DNA from: a virus | Taxonomy: Duplodnaviria > Caudoviricetes | Virus record (IMG/VR): IMGVR_UViG_3300037590_000079 | Location: 45,662 to 109,661 of that record | Direction: 5' to 3' (one strand) | Length of the DNA stretch: 64,000 bases | Part shown: one piece after another, positions 10,183-20,257 of the stretch | Position numbering within the stretch: position 1 is the stretch's first letter | Layout: each line of letters opens with the position of its first letter | Made by a program: the position numbers and the translations under genes | Notes under the pieces: model-generated | Told to the model about the DNA's origin: nothing | The model's database searches: none | The model's input: only the letters and a program-made list of their open reading frames with translations

Positions 10183-10403
10183 TGAATGTCTCGGTTGAAA
10201 TGGCGACCGGCTTCAAGCGTAACAAGGCGCGAGTGCTTCTCGATCCCGATCGCTTCAAGCGGATCGGAGATGCCGAAGTGACGCGCGCCGATGTCGAGCG
10301 CGAGCTGGGTGAGGAGGCGGCGCTGGCCTGGGAGGATGTGCAGGCTGCGCGGCGCTCCTATTGGCGGGCCGTCGAGCGCTATCTGGAACGGAGGCGCGTA
10401 TGA
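10182..10403 (+). CDS. Hypothetical protein
   Basis: TGATG coupling. Confidence 0.6.
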   Translation: MNVSVEMATGFKRNKARVLLDPDRFKRIGDAEVTRADVERELGEEAALAWEDVQAARRSYWRAVERYLERRRV

Positions 10404-11017
10404 TCACGGTAACGGCTTACACGGATGGATCGTGCAAGCGCAATCCCGGTGGTCCGGGTGGCTGGGGTGTCGTTCTGCGTGCGCGCAAGGACGGCGTTCT
10501 CGTCAAGGAAGCGGAGCTGCGCGGATATTCCTACTGCACGACCAACAATCGCATGGAGTTGATGGCCGCGATCGTGGCGCTCGAAGCGCTTGAGCATCCG
10601 GCGCAGATCAAGGTCCATTCGGACAGCAAATACGTCATTGACGGCATCTCCAAGTGGATCAAGGGCTGGAAAGCCCGGAGGTGGCGCACGAAGGCCGGCA
10701 AGGAAGTGGCGAATGTCGATCTGTGGCAGCGGCTCTGGCGCGCGCAGATGCCCCACGATGTCACCTGGAAATGGGTCAAGGGTCACAACGGGCACGAGCA
10801 GAACGAGCGCGCCGACGAGATCGCCTTCGAGATGAGCGGCGTCGCCGCAGGTGTTGTGCCGATGCCGACCTGCACGGAATGCGGCACCTCGCTCGATCAG
10901 GTGCCGTTCAACGCATGCCGCGAGCATGATCGCTTCATGCGGTTCGACATGACGGAGATGGAAATCGAGCAGGCGGTCGAGGCCGCCACGGGCGAAACAA
11001 TCGGGGAGTATATGTGA
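10400..11017 (+). CDS. rnhA: Ribonuclease HI with a C-terminal Cys/His extension
   Basis: [47 protein letters not shown]; extra CTEC...CREH tail. Confidence 0.95.
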   Translation: MITVTAYTDGSCKRNPGGPGGWGVVLRARKDGVLVKEAELRGYSYCTTNNRMELMAAIVALEALEHPAQIKVHSDSKYVIDGISKWIKGWKARRWRTKAGKEVANVDLWQRLWRAQMPHDVTWKWVKGHNGHEQNERADEIAFEMSGVAAGVVPMPTCTECGTSLDQVPFNACREHDRFMRFDMTEMEIEQAVEAATGETIGEYM

Positions 11018-11208
11018 TGAAAAGCGATCTTCTGGATCTGGACATGCAGATCCACGTCGAGACGGGCAAGGCGGTGCTCGCCTCGACCAGCGGTGAAAAG
11101 GACCAGGCCGTGTGGCTGCCGCTCTCGCAGATCGAGATCGAGCGCAAGGGCGATCTCGCGGTCGTGACGATGCCGGAATGGCTCGCGGTGGACAAGGAGC
11201 TGGTCTGA
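11014..11208 (+). CDS. Small conserved phage protein
   Basis: ETGKAVL ... WLPLSQIE ... MPEWLA pattern. Confidence 0.7.
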   Translation: MMKSDLLDLDMQIHVETGKAVLASTSGEKDQAVWLPLSQIEIERKGDLAVVTMPEWLAVDKELV

Positions 11209-11678
11209 TGGATACGCCGAAGCCCTTCGTGCCGATCGACGTGTATTCCGAAAGGGACAACACTCGGCACGTCAACTGCTGCTGGTCGCCCGAGCGCGGC
11301 TTCTTCGAGCCGATTACCAATGTCAGTTTCGAGGATCTGCATCTGGAAGTGGTGGACTGGCACTACTCGCCGGTCACGCTTCTGCCCGGCGCGGTCGTGT
11401 CTCATCGCAAGCGTGGCACGAATTACACGGTCAAGGCCGTGTTCTTGGCCAACGCGATCACCGCTGTGAACGACACGACCGACGGAGAGACGATCACGCT
11501 GCAACCGGACGCGGGTCATCCTGATGCGCACCCGCCGCACAGGGTCATGGTGCAGCGCTCGACCACCCGGCACTCACCCGAATGGGCGCTCTACGAGAAC
11601 AAAGATGGCATGCTGTTCGCGCGTCCCCTGTCCGAGTTCACCGAGGATCGCTTCAAGATCCTCTACAACGGAGCCTGA
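11208..11678 (+). CDS. Hypothetical protein (DUF1653-like C-terminus)
   Basis: HRKRG..Y ... LYE...FARPLSEF. Confidence 0.55.
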   Translation: MDTPKPFVPIDVYSERDNTRHVNCCWSPERGFFEPITNVSFEDLHLEVVDWHYSPVTLLPGAVVSHRKRGTNYTVKAVFLANAITAVNDTTDGETITLQPDAGHPDAHPPHRVMVQRSTTRHSPEWALYENKDGMLFARPLSEFTEDRFKILYNGA

Positions 11679-11679
11679 C

Positions 11680-11979
11680 ATGGAAAGCATGGAGTTGACG
11701 CACGCGGTCGAGAATGGCCACATCGATTTTCGGATTGGCGCCGGCATCATCCATATCGACCTGATCTGGGTGGATGAGGATTCTCGCATCAGGGGTGTTG
11801 GCACCGATCTTCTTCTGAAAGTCCTGAGCCTTGCAGACAATCTCGGCTTTTCTGTGGAGCTGGAGTCGCGCGGCGATATCGACCGGGCCGTGCTTCGCGC
11901 CTTCTACGAGAAGCACGGCTTCGTGATGGTCGATAACACACCCTGGATTCAGCTTATGCGCAGAGAGGTGCAACAATGA
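11680..11979 (+). CDS. GNAT-family acetyltransferase
   Basis: IWVDEDSRIRGVGTDLL and FYEKHGF motifs. Confidence 0.75.
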   Translation: MESMELTHAVENGHIDFRIGAGIIHIDLIWVDEDSRIRGVGTDLLLKVLSLADNLGFSVELESRGDIDRAVLRAFYEKHGFVMVDNTPWIQLMRREVQQ

Positions 11980-13916
11980 AATTCCCCAAGCTCAAGATTG
12001 AAAATTTCCTGGCTATCACAGAGGCTGAAATAAGTCTTGCAGATAGGGGTTTGTGCCTTATCCAGGGCCGCAACGAGGCGGATAGCTCCGCAAAGTCGAA
12101 CGGCGCCGGCAAGTCCTCGATCGCCGACGCACTGTGCTGGTGCTGGTTCGGCACGACGGCACGCGGCGAAAGCGGTGACGATGTGATCAACGCGGGCGTC
12201 GGCAAGGGGTGTCGCGTGACGTCCACGCTCGTCGATGGTGGGATCACCTACACCGCGACCCGGCATCGCAAGCACCCCAAGGGCAAGAACCGGCTCTGGC
12301 TGGAAATGGATGATGGGCTCAAGACGACCGATCTAACCAAGGGCACCGACAAGCTGACGCAGGAGGTGGCCAACAGGATCATCGGCGCGTCCCTCGACGT
12401 GTTCACGGGCTCGATCTACGCAGGCCAGGAGAAGATGCCCGACCTGCCGGCCATGACCGACAAGACGCTCAAGATGCTGATCGAGGAGGCGGCCGGCGTC
12501 ACGCTGCTGGAGGAAGCCTACAGGAAGGCGCGCGACAACCTCGCCGGCGCGCAGGCCGCGGTTGATCATGCCACGCGCGAGGCGGACGAAATCGGCCGCA
12601 AGATCGTGGATATCGACACGCAGATCACCGACGCGGCCCAGAGCGAGACGGACTGGGAAAGTGATCGCACCCGGCGCGTCGAGGAGAAGCAGAAGGAGGC
12701 GCGCGATCTGCTGGCGATCGTCAAGCGGATCGACGCCGACATGAAGGGCTACGACCGGGCCGGTATCGAGGCCGAGATCGCGCGGATCGATGCCCGGATC
12801 GGATCGGTCTCGCAGGAAAGCGCCGAGTTGGCCCGGCTGAATCGCGAGGTGAACAGTATCGAGGTCGATCTCGAATACCACAATCGCAACTACCAGGGCG
12901 CGAAACGCAATCTGGACAATATCGAACGGCAGCTGAAAGACGTGGAGGGCAAGATCGGCCAGCCCTGTCCCAAATGCGGCCGGCCGATCACCGAGCAGGA
13001 GATGGCCGCGACGAGAAATGCCCTTGAGAAGGACGCCGCCGAGGTCAGGGACGAGGCGAAGGCGCTCAAGGATCAGATCGAGTCCGTGGAGAGCGCGCGT
13101 CAGAAGGCCGCTCAGGCGCGTGACGCGTTTGAAGGGGGTATGACCGATATCAGCGCCGAACAGCACTCACGCAAGCGCCAGGAGGCTCTGCTGGCCGATC
13201 TCAACGATCTGGAGAGTGACCGGAGGCTGCGCGTGACGCAGGCGAGGGCGCTCAAGCAATCTATCGAGGATATCAAGAGCGAGGCCAACCCCTATTCGGG
13301 CCGGGCGGAAAAACTGCGCGCCGAGAAGAAGCGCCAGGAGGCGCTGGCTGCCGATGCTGCGAAGATCGTGGCCGCGCGCCGCGAGAAATTCGAGATCGAG
13401 GAGCAGGTCGTGCGCGTGTTCAGCCCGGCCGGCGTCCGGGCGCGCGTTCTCGACGAGGTCACGCCGTTTCTCAACACGCAGACCGCGCGCTACCTCTCGG
13501 TGCTGTCCGACGGCAATCTCAGCGCCAACTGGACGACGCTCACGCCGGGCTCGAAACCCGGTGAGTTCAAGGAGAAGTTCTCCATCGAGGTGGCGAACGC
13601 GACGGGCGGCGGGAAATTCAAGCTGATCTCCGGCGGCGAGAAGCGCAAGGTCCGGATCGCGACGTCGATGGCCTTGCAGGATCTGGTGGCGACGCGCGCC
13701 TCGAAACCGATCGACCTGTTCATCGGTGACGAGATCGACGATGCGCTCGACAGTTCCGGGCTTGAGCGGCTGATGATCATCCTGGAGGAGAAGGCGCGCG
13801 AGCGTGGCTCGGTTTTCGTGATCTCCCACAATGAGTTGTCGGATCACATCAGGCAGGTGCTTACGATCAAGAAAACCGCATCCGGCGAGACCGAGATCAG
13901 CGAGGTGGCGGTATGA
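11976..13916 (+). CDS. Rad50/SbcC-like SMC ATPase
   Basis: IENFL, NGAGKSS, zinc hook CPKC in the coiled coil, ISGGEK signature, FIGDEI, VISH. Confidence 0.93.
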   Translation: MKFPKLKIENFLAITEAEISLADRGLCLIQGRNEADSSAKSNGAGKSSIADALCWCWFGTTARGESGDDVINAGVGKGCRVTSTLVDGGITYTATRHRKHPKGKNRLWLEMDDGLKTTDLTKGTDKLTQEVANRIIGASLDVFTGSIYAGQEKMPDLPAMTDKTLKMLIEEAAGVTLLEEAYRKARDNLAGAQAAVDHATREADEIGRKIVDIDTQITDAAQSETDWESDRTRRVEEKQKEARDLLAIVKRIDADMKGYDRAGIEAEIARIDARIGSVSQESAELARLNREVNSIEVDLEYHNRNYQGAKRNLDNIERQLKDVEGKIGQPCPKCGRPITEQEMAATRNALEKDAAEVRDEAKALKDQIESVESARQKAAQARDAFEGGMTDISAEQHSRKRQEALLADLNDLESDRRLRVTQARALKQSIEDIKSEANPYSGRAEKLRAEKKRQEALAADAAKIVAARREKFEIEEQVVRVFSPAGVRARVLDEVTPFLNTQTARYLSVLSDGNLSANWTTLTPGSKPGEFKEKFSIEVANATGGGKFKLISGGEKRKVRIATSMALQDLVATRASKPIDLFIGDEIDDALDSSGLERLMIILEEKARERGSVFVISHNELSDHIRQVLTIKKTASGETEISEVAV

Positions 13917-14128
13917 AGAAAACAGGACGCTATCGCTATCGCGTGATGACCATCGGCTTTCTGTGCTTCCGGCGCCGGGTTGTCGTGTTGCAGGAGGAGA
14001 TCGAGCGGCGCGAGATGCTCGCGCCCTATACGTTCGAAAAGGTTCGCCGGTGGGTGGATGCCGATCCGGAAAGCCTCATCGTCGCGCCTTTCCCTAATGA
14101 CACCCTCTCTGAATCTGCTATAAGTTAA
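13913..14128 (+). CDS. Hypothetical protein
   Basis: ATGA overlap; GAGGTG RBS. Confidence 0.55.
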   Translation: MKKTGRYRYRVMTIGFLCFRRRVVVLQEEIERREMLAPYTFEKVRRWVDADPESLIVAPFPNDTLSESAIS

Positions 14129-14140
14129 GTCAGCACTGAC
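14116..14140 (+). promoter_or_regulatory. Representative TGCTATAA promoter with GTCA-N4-TGAC operator
   Basis: TGCTATAAGTTAAGTCAGCACTGAC; about 20 similar sites across the window (see findings). Confidence 0.75.
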
Positions 14141-14150
14141 GGAGGCACGC

Positions 14151-14615
14151 ATGGCAAAAAGCAAGACCAGGAGCAAGATGTCAGATCGCGAGATCGAGGT
14201 GATCGAGACCACTGCTATCGAGGTGGTCGAGACCCTGAGCGGTCACGAATTCGAGGTCGAAAGCGATATTGTGACGAGCGTCAAATACGCCGACGGGTCG
14301 TTCAGGAAAAAGACGCTGCCGACGGGGCTCAGCTTCTTCCTCGAATACGCTTATCTGGGCGCGCGCGGAAAGACGATTTTCGGGTTCGGCCCCGAGGACT
14401 CGCAGGAATACGATTACGCCGAGTTCTCCGAGGACGAGGTTGACAAGACCTTTCCGCTCGCAGGCGCCGTGCTGGCCAAGGCTCACAATCTCGAAACGGA
14501 GAATTTCGGGCAGGCGTTCGCCAAGATGCAGACCCAGGTCGCCGAGATCGTCGAATCCGAGGAAATCGAGGATGAGGAGATCTACAAGAACAACCCCATG
14601 TGCGGAGCATTTTGA
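14151..14615 (+). CDS. Hypothetical acidic protein
   Basis: Promoter, operator and GGAGG RBS upstream. Confidence 0.8.
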   Translation: MAKSKTRSKMSDREIEVIETTAIEVVETLSGHEFEVESDIVTSVKYADGSFRKKTLPTGLSFFLEYAYLGARGKTIFGFGPEDSQEYDYAEFSEDEVDKTFPLAGAVLAKAHNLETENFGQAFAKMQTQVAEIVESEEIEDEEIYKNNPMCGAF

Positions 14616-15190
14616 TGGGAAAGATCAGGATTGCCGGTATCGACGGCTCCAAGACTAATTTCGGAATTTCGCTCTTGTCGCTCGATACCGATACGATGGC
14701 GCTGTCCGTCGAGGACTTGATTCTCGTCAAGACCGAAAAGACCAAGGTTAAGCAGGTGCGCGCGTCGTCCGACAATCTGCGCCGCGCCCGCGAGATCTAT
14801 CTCGTGACGCGCGAGGCTTTGAAGGGATGCGCCGCCGTGTTCGTGGAGGTTCCGAGCGGCGGGCAGTCGTATGACGCGGTGCTCGGCTTCGGCATCGTGA
14901 TCGGTCTTTACGCCTCGTTGGAGCTGGAGCCGATCGAGGTCTCTCCGGCCGAGACCAAGAAGGCCGCCCTCGGCACGAGCACGGCGAGCAAGAGCGAGAT
15001 GATCGAGTGGGCGGTCGAGAAGTTCCCCGAGGCGCCGTGGCGTATGCGCAAGCTCCACGGTGAAATGGTCCCCAAGAAGGACAACGAGCACCTGGCCGAT
15101 GGCGTTGCTATTGCCCATGCCGGCATCATGCTTCCCTCGTTCCGGCAGACACTGTCGATCCTGGCCGCGAATTCCGCTGTCAGCGCCTGA
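14615..15190 (+). CDS. RuvC-like Holliday junction resolvase
   Basis: IAGIDGS..NFG, VFVEVP, SPAETKKA, ASKSEMIEW, EHLADGVAI. Confidence 0.85.
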   Translation: MGKIRIAGIDGSKTNFGISLLSLDTDTMALSVEDLILVKTEKTKVKQVRASSDNLRRAREIYLVTREALKGCAAVFVEVPSGGQSYDAVLGFGIVIGLYASLELEPIEVSPAETKKAALGTSTASKSEMIEWAVEKFPEAPWRMRKLHGEMVPKKDNEHLADGVAIAHAGIMLPSFRQTLSILAANSAVSA

Positions 15191-15261
15191 TGTCAAGCCT
15201 TTTAATTCAGTCCTGACTGAATTACTGTGAGGGATCACACCAAATCTAGTAGGGATGACCC

Positions 15262-17733
15262 ATGACTGACACATTCTTTTGCCGGGAATACTTTCCCGGA
15301 ATGGGAGATGCTGTAGCCGATCGCACGATCAATCGGCGTATCTTTACCGAGGAGCAGAAGGCCGCCCTGCCCGAGCCGCTGGTTCTCAATCCGGAAGATC
15401 CGCTCTTCAAGGAATGGAAGAACGCAGCCGATCTGTCCGAACATGCCGTTCGGCTCGACAATGAAGCGCCTTTCGTCACGAAAGAGCCCGAACTGCGCAT
15501 CGAGAAATGGCGCGACGTCGCAGAGCGTGTCGCGCATGGGAACGCAAGCCTGCACCAGAGCGGCATGAAGGACGAGGGAAATCTGCGCGATCACCTGATG
15601 CGCGGCACCGTGCTTCTCTCCGGTCGTCACCTTCAGCACGGCGACGCGAACCAGAAGAACAGGCCGATGGAGGTTCTGACCAACTGTGCCACATCGGCCT
15701 CGACCTTCATCCTGTTCTATCTGCTGCTCAACGGCTCCGGCGTCGGTCGCGCCTATGACGACAGCATGATGAAGGTGGACTGGACCAGGCTGCCGCATGT
15801 GAAGGTGGTGATCGACGGCAACTACCCGGATCGCGGCATCATGGAGCCGCACTGGAACGGGGTCGAGATGGGTGAGCGGCCGAAGGTGCCGCATGTCATG
15901 ACGCCGCAGGACGCGCGTGCGGGGTATTCCGAGGACATGGATCGCGTCACCTGGTTCGAGGTGCCCGACAGTCGCGGTGGCTGGGCACAGGCCCTGGAGA
16001 TCATGGAGAACATGGCCTACGAGGGCCGCACCGACGAGGTGCTGGTGCTCGATTTCTCGAAGGTGCGGCCCTATGGCAGCCCGATCCGCGGCATGCAGAA
16101 CCGCCCCTCTTCCGGCCCCGGCCCGCTGATGTATGCGATCATGGAGATCGCCAAGCTGCGCGGCCGCGATATGGCGCCCTGGAAAGCGGCCATGTTCGCC
16201 GATCACTACGCCGCCGAGTGCGTGCTTGTCGGCGGTGCGCGCCGCGCCGCGCGCATGGCCACGAAGAACTGGCGCGATCCTGATATCCTGGAATTCATTC
16301 GGCTCAAGTGGACTCACGACCTGTGGAGCTCGAACAATTCCGTCACCATCGACGACGAGTTCCGTGAGCGCTGCAACAAGGTGCGCGACCTGATCAAGTA
16401 TCGCACCACGCCGGTCTCGCGTGACGATCCGGACGCGCTGATCACCATCGCGAAGATGATGCGGCTCTCCAACGAGATCGATCATATCGACCTGCATGCC
16501 TGGACCGTGTTGATCAACATCGCCGACAGCGCCTTCCAGGGGCCGCATGGCGAGCCCGGCCGCGGCGAGCCCGGTATCATCAACCAGGATCGGCTCAAGG
16601 TGGATGACAGCGGCATCGAGGCGTATATCGACGGGCTCTACGCGCGCTCGCTGGACTTCCAGGTCAGCGAGCGCTCCATGCCGATGATGCGCGACATGGC
16701 CCGCGAAATGCTCTCCGTGCGCTATACCATGATCACCAACCCCTGCGGCGAGATCGCCCTGCTCATGCTCGGGGGATACTGTGTGATCGCCGACAACGTG
16801 CCCTTTCATGCGCGTGACGACGATGATGCCGAAAGCGCGTTCCGCGCCTCTGTGCGCGCCCTGATGCGCGTGAACACGATGGACTCGCTCTACAATCGCG
16901 AGGTCGCGCGCACCAATCGCATCGGCGTCGGGATCACCGGCTTTCACGAATGGGCCTATGATCGCTTCGGCTTCACCTGGCACGATCTGATCGACGAGGA
17001 GAAGTCGAAGAAGCTGTGGCTCACGCTGTCGCGTTTCAGGCGGGCGATCAGCGACGAGGCGCGCAAGTATGCCGAGGTGCTCGGCGTGACGGTGCCGCAC
17101 ACCGATACGACCTTCAAGCCGGCCGGCACCACGTCGAAGCTGTTCGGCCTGTCGGAAGGGGCACACCTGCCCTCGATGCGCTGGCTGCTTCGCTGGGTCC
17201 AGTTCCGCAACGACGATCCGCTGGTGCAGGAATACATCGCCAAGGGCTACCCGTCGAAGCAGCTCAAGTCCTATTCCGGCACCACGGTGATCGGCTTCCC
17301 GACCGCGCCGGCAATCACCCGGCTCGGCGGCGGGGAATGGGTCGTGACCGCGGCCGAGGCCACGCCTGCGGAGCAGTATGAGTTCCTGCGCCTGCTGGAG
17401 AAATACTGGATTCGCGGTGTTGACGAGAACGGTGAGCCGCTCGCAGAGGACCGCGGCAACCAGATCTCCTACACGCTGAAATACGATCCCGCAAAGGTCA
17501 CTTTCGGCGATTACCTGGAGACGCTTATGAGCGGCCAGTTCTCGATCCGCTGCTGCTCGATCATGCCGCAGACCGACACGACCGGCTACGAGTATCAGCC
17601 CGAGGAGCCGATCAGCCAGGCAGAGTATGCCAGCCTGATGGCGAATATCGACGATGGCATGAAAGAGGATATCGGCTTCGAGCATGTCGATTGCGCGTCC
17701 GGGGCGTGCCCGGTCGATTTTGCAGCCGAGTGA
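15262..17733 (+). CDS. nrdJ: Class II (B12-dependent) ribonucleotide reductase
   Basis: TNC, GSGVG, VPDSRGGWA, TNPCGEI, RIGVGITG, KPAGTTSKL, C-terminal CASGACP; no beta-subunit gene nearby. Confidence 0.9.
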   Translation: MTDTFFCREYFPGMGDAVADRTINRRIFTEEQKAALPEPLVLNPEDPLFKEWKNAADLSEHAVRLDNEAPFVTKEPELRIEKWRDVAERVAHGNASLHQSGMKDEGNLRDHLMRGTVLLSGRHLQHGDANQKNRPMEVLTNCATSASTFILFYLLLNGSGVGRAYDDSMMKVDWTRLPHVKVVIDGNYPDRGIMEPHWNGVEMGERPKVPHVMTPQDARAGYSEDMDRVTWFEVPDSRGGWAQALEIMENMAYEGRTDEVLVLDFSKVRPYGSPIRGMQNRPSSGPGPLMYAIMEIAKLRGRDMAPWKAAMFADHYAAECVLVGGARRAARMATKNWRDPDILEFIRLKWTHDLWSSNNSVTIDDEFRERCNKVRDLIKYRTTPVSRDDPDALITIAKMMRLSNEIDHIDLHAWTVLINIADSAFQGPHGEPGRGEPGIINQDRLKVDDSGIEAYIDGLYARSLDFQVSERSMPMMRDMAREMLSVRYTMITNPCGEIALLMLGGYCVIADNVPFHARDDDDAESAFRASVRALMRVNTMDSLYNREVARTNRIGVGITGFHEWAYDRFGFTWHDLIDEEKSKKLWLTLSRFRRAISDEARKYAEVLGVTVPHTDTTFKPAGTTSKLFGLSEGAHLPSMRWLLRWVQFRNDDPLVQEYIAKGYPSKQLKSYSGTTVIGFPTAPAITRLGGGEWVVTAAEATPAEQYEFLRLLEKYWIRGVDENGEPLAEDRGNQISYTLKYDPAKVTFGDYLETLMSGQFSIRCCSIMPQTDTTGYEYQPEEPISQAEYASLMANIDDGMKEDIGFEHVDCASGACPVDFAAE

Positions 17734-17741
17734 TCATCGAG

Positions 17742-17770
17742 AGGGCGGCTTGCGGGCCGCCCTTTTCTTT
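17742..17770 (+). terminator. Intrinsic terminator after the RNR gene
   Basis: AGGGCGGC / GCCGCCCT stem plus T-run. Confidence 0.75.
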
Positions 17771-17785
17771 CTGCACGGAGAGGTC

Positions 17786-18031
17786 ATGTCACCCGTCATC
17801 CATGTTATTTCGAAGCGGAACTGCTCCTATTGCGCACTGGCAAAGGGCGTTCTGCGAAAGCACGGACTTCGCTTCGAGGAGAAGATCCTCGAAACCAACA
17901 CCGATATCATCTCGTTTCTGGAATCCGGCCTCAAGACCGTGCCGCAGATCTACGTGAACGGCAGCAATATCGGTGGATACGAGGATCTTCTGCACTGGAT
18001 CGAACAGCGCGAAACCGAGGCTGCGCGTTGA
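17786..18031 (+). CDS. Glutaredoxin
   Basis: CSYC active site; TVPQIYVNG..IGGYEDL. Confidence 0.9.
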   Translation: MSPVIHVISKRNCSYCALAKGVLRKHGLRFEEKILETNTDIISFLESGLKTVPQIYVNGSNIGGYEDLLHWIEQRETEAAR

Positions 18032-18096
18032 CTTTCTGCGATCAGTCAGGCATTACTTATCCGAATTTCGGACTTCACACATGAGGAGATCTTCCA

Positions 18097-18807
18097 ATGG
18101 ACCTGAGTAACAATCACTACATTCCCGAGGGTGCCGTGACCGCGCCGCTCGGGGCGCTGCGCGAGGGTCGGCTGGGTGCTCCGCGCACCATCACCGGCGG
18201 CGGGCAGAAGCACATCGTGGATATCCAGTTCACCGGCCGCCCGGTCGTCGGCGACACGCTGACCATCAACGGCGTCACCTGGACCTTCATCGCGAATGGC
18301 GGCTCGCCGGCGGGCAACGAGATCGCGCTCGGCACGACCCTGGCTACCGACCTCGACGCCATGATTGCCGCGCTCAACGGCTCGGCAGATGGCGACGTGG
18401 CTGCATTCACCTATACCGAGGACGGCAGCGACACGCTGACCGCGACGGCCGATGCGAACGCAGCCTATACCGACGACGCCTTCGCTGCCGATGTCGATGC
18501 GGGTGCGACCGTGACCGTTGCGGATGACGGCCGGGCCGATACCGAGATCACCAACAAGACCTGCAACATCGCGCTCAAGACCGACTTGGTGAGTCAGAAC
18601 CAGGCGTTTACCCTCGCCGACGGCATGGAGTTCGAGCTGAAATCCATCGTCGCCACGGGCACGCCGGGTGGGAACTTCGTGATCACCCCGGATAATATCG
18701 ACGGCGGCACCACGCTGACCTTCGACGCGGATGGGGAATACGCGGTAATGCAGTTCCTCGGTGGCAGCTGGCGCGTGCTTGCTGCGGCCGACGGTGTTCT
18801 CGGCTGA
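18097..18807 (+). CDS. Beta-rich Gly/Thr/Asp/Ala protein, probably virion-associated
   Basis: GDTLTINGVTWTF-type strands; AGGAG RBS; own terminator. Confidence 0.6.
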   Translation: MDLSNNHYIPEGAVTAPLGALREGRLGAPRTITGGGQKHIVDIQFTGRPVVGDTLTINGVTWTFIANGGSPAGNEIALGTTLATDLDAMIAALNGSADGDVAAFTYTEDGSDTLTATADANAAYTDDAFAADVDAGATVTVADDGRADTEITNKTCNIALKTDLVSQNQAFTLADGMEFELKSIVATGTPGGNFVITPDNIDGGTTLTFDADGEYAVMQFLGGSWRVLAAADGVLG

Positions 18808-18831
18808 TATCGCGCGACACCACATGACACG

Positions 18832-18863
18832 AAAGGGGGCGGTTCACCCGCCCTTTTTCTTTT
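18832..18863 (+). terminator. Intrinsic terminator
   Basis: AAAGGGGGCGG / CCGCCCTTTT stem plus T-run. Confidence 0.8.
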
Positions 18864-18933
18864 CGAAAACGCGATTCCCCGACACGATTTCTGCTATAAA
18901 GTAAGCATCAACTGATATCTGATAGGGGTCGAA

Positions 18934-19080
18934 ATGATCGGGCGCATTCTCTGCTTTTTCGGGCTGCACAAGTGGTCTGAGTTTCACTCGAAGCCGACCT
19001 CGACAAGTGCCTTTCGGCATTGCAGGCGCAGGAACTGTTTCACCACGCAGAAGATCGTAGCCCGTAGGCCCTGGTTGTAA
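18934..19080 (+). CDS. Small Cys/His protein (48 aa, DUF1660-like), below the ORF-track cut-off
   Basis: MIGRILCFFGLHKW...HCRRRNC; AGGGG RBS after a TGCTATAA promoter. Confidence 0.55.
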   Translation: MIGRILCFFGLHKWSEFHSKPTSTSAFRHCRRRNCFTTQKIVARRPWL

Positions 19081-19095
19081 TCGAGAAGGAAGAAA

Positions 19096-20046
19096 ATGAC
19101 CGTTCACACACATCCCGACCAGCCCCAGATGCAGGCCGAGGTAATTCTTGCCTCGCTTAATCAGGAGATGCCCGACGAGGCGCCGCTCGTCACGATGCGG
19201 CTGCGCTATCCGCGGTTCATTCATGCCGAGGTCATGACGCACCGGGTGTTCGGCCGCAACGCGCGGAGTTCGCGCGCCGTGCCTGTCAAGCGCATGATCG
19301 AGGAGATCGAGGAAAACCCCGTCGTGCCCTGGCACTGGGGCAAGAACCAGCGGGGTATGCAGGCCGACACGGAGTGCGACGCGAAGGTGTTGATCGACTG
19401 GGATCACGAGATCGGTCACGAGAACTGGGTGGCGCGCGAGGACGCCTGGCGCGAAGCGCGTGATCATGCGGTGCGCATTGCGCGCGGCTTCTCGGACGCA
19501 GGCTACCACAAGCAGGTGGTCAACCGGCTGCTGGAGCCCTTCATGTGGATCGACGTGCTGATCACCGCGAACCGCTGGCAGAATTTCCTCTGGCTGCGCG
19601 ACCACAAGGATGCCGAGCCGCATCTGCGTGACCTCGCGGTGCTGGTCAAGCGGGCGCTCGGTGACGCGGAGATGCAGAATCTGGCGCCTGGATACTGGCA
19701 CCTGCCCTACATCGCGCCCGAGGAGTATCGCAACGGTTCCTGGAAGAATTTCGAGGAGCGGGTCGAGTTTCTCTCCAAGATCAGCGCCGCTCGCTGCGCC
19801 CGGATCTCCTACACGCCCTTCGACGGCGACGCTTCCTACGAGCGGGAGCTGGAGCGCTACAACATGCTGGTCACGTCCGAGCGTGTGCATGCCTCGCCGC
19901 TGGAGCATCAGGCGATGCCTGACGAGTGCGTCCTGTGTCCGACCACGGGCGCGCGTGAGCGCTGGATGAACCCCGAGAAGCACGGCAACCTGCCCGGCTG
20001 GATCCAGGCGCGCAAGCTGGTGCCGAACGAGGCCAAGCATGGCTGA
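19096..20046 (+). CDS. thyX: Flavin-dependent thymidylate synthase
   Basis: PRFIHAEVMTHRVFGRNARSSRAVP, HKQVVNRLLEPF, SAARCARISY, HASPLEHQA. Confidence 0.9.
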   Translation: MTVHTHPDQPQMQAEVILASLNQEMPDEAPLVTMRLRYPRFIHAEVMTHRVFGRNARSSRAVPVKRMIEEIEENPVVPWHWGKNQRGMQADTECDAKVLIDWDHEIGHENWVAREDAWREARDHAVRIARGFSDAGYHKQVVNRLLEPFMWIDVLITANRWQNFLWLRDHKDAEPHLRDLAVLVKRALGDAEMQNLAPGYWHLPYIAPEEYRNGSWKNFEERVEFLSKISAARCARISYTPFDGDASYERELERYNMLVTSERVHASPLEHQAMPDECVLCPTTGARERWMNPEKHGNLPGWIQARKLVPNEAKHG

Positions 20047-20257
20047 TGGACAGGTGATAGCCGGAGCCAGGATCAAGCATGACGAGAACGGTCATGACGG
20101 CCCCGGCTACTACTATCAGATCATCGACGAGAGCGGAAACGAGGTCGGCGGCCCTGTCGGCCCCTTCTCGACACAAGACGAGGCGGAGGAAAATGTCCAC
20201 GCCGCAATCCGGATCATGATCGAGAACATGGTCCGGGAAGAGCTGGGACTGGAGTGA
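20039..20257 (+). CDS. Hypothetical protein
   Basis: Operonic overlap with both neighbours. Confidence 0.6.
   Translation: MADGQVIAGARIKHDENGHDGPGYYYQIIDESGNEVGGPVGPFSTQDEAEENVHAAIRIMIENMVREELGLE

Noticed and set aside
15235-17685. 816-aa minus-strand ORF, and similar long antisense ORFs at 430-1794, 22903-25125, 25324-26868, 55251-56990 and 61740-63095
   Set aside because: Each is a shadow of a well-supported gene on the opposite strand. High GC3 suppresses antisense stops, and the translations have no recognisable motifs.
1-17733. Inteins or introns in DnaE, RecA or RNR
   Set aside because: Conserved motifs are contiguous at the expected spacing; no C/S...HN splice motifs or LAGLIDADG inserts seen.
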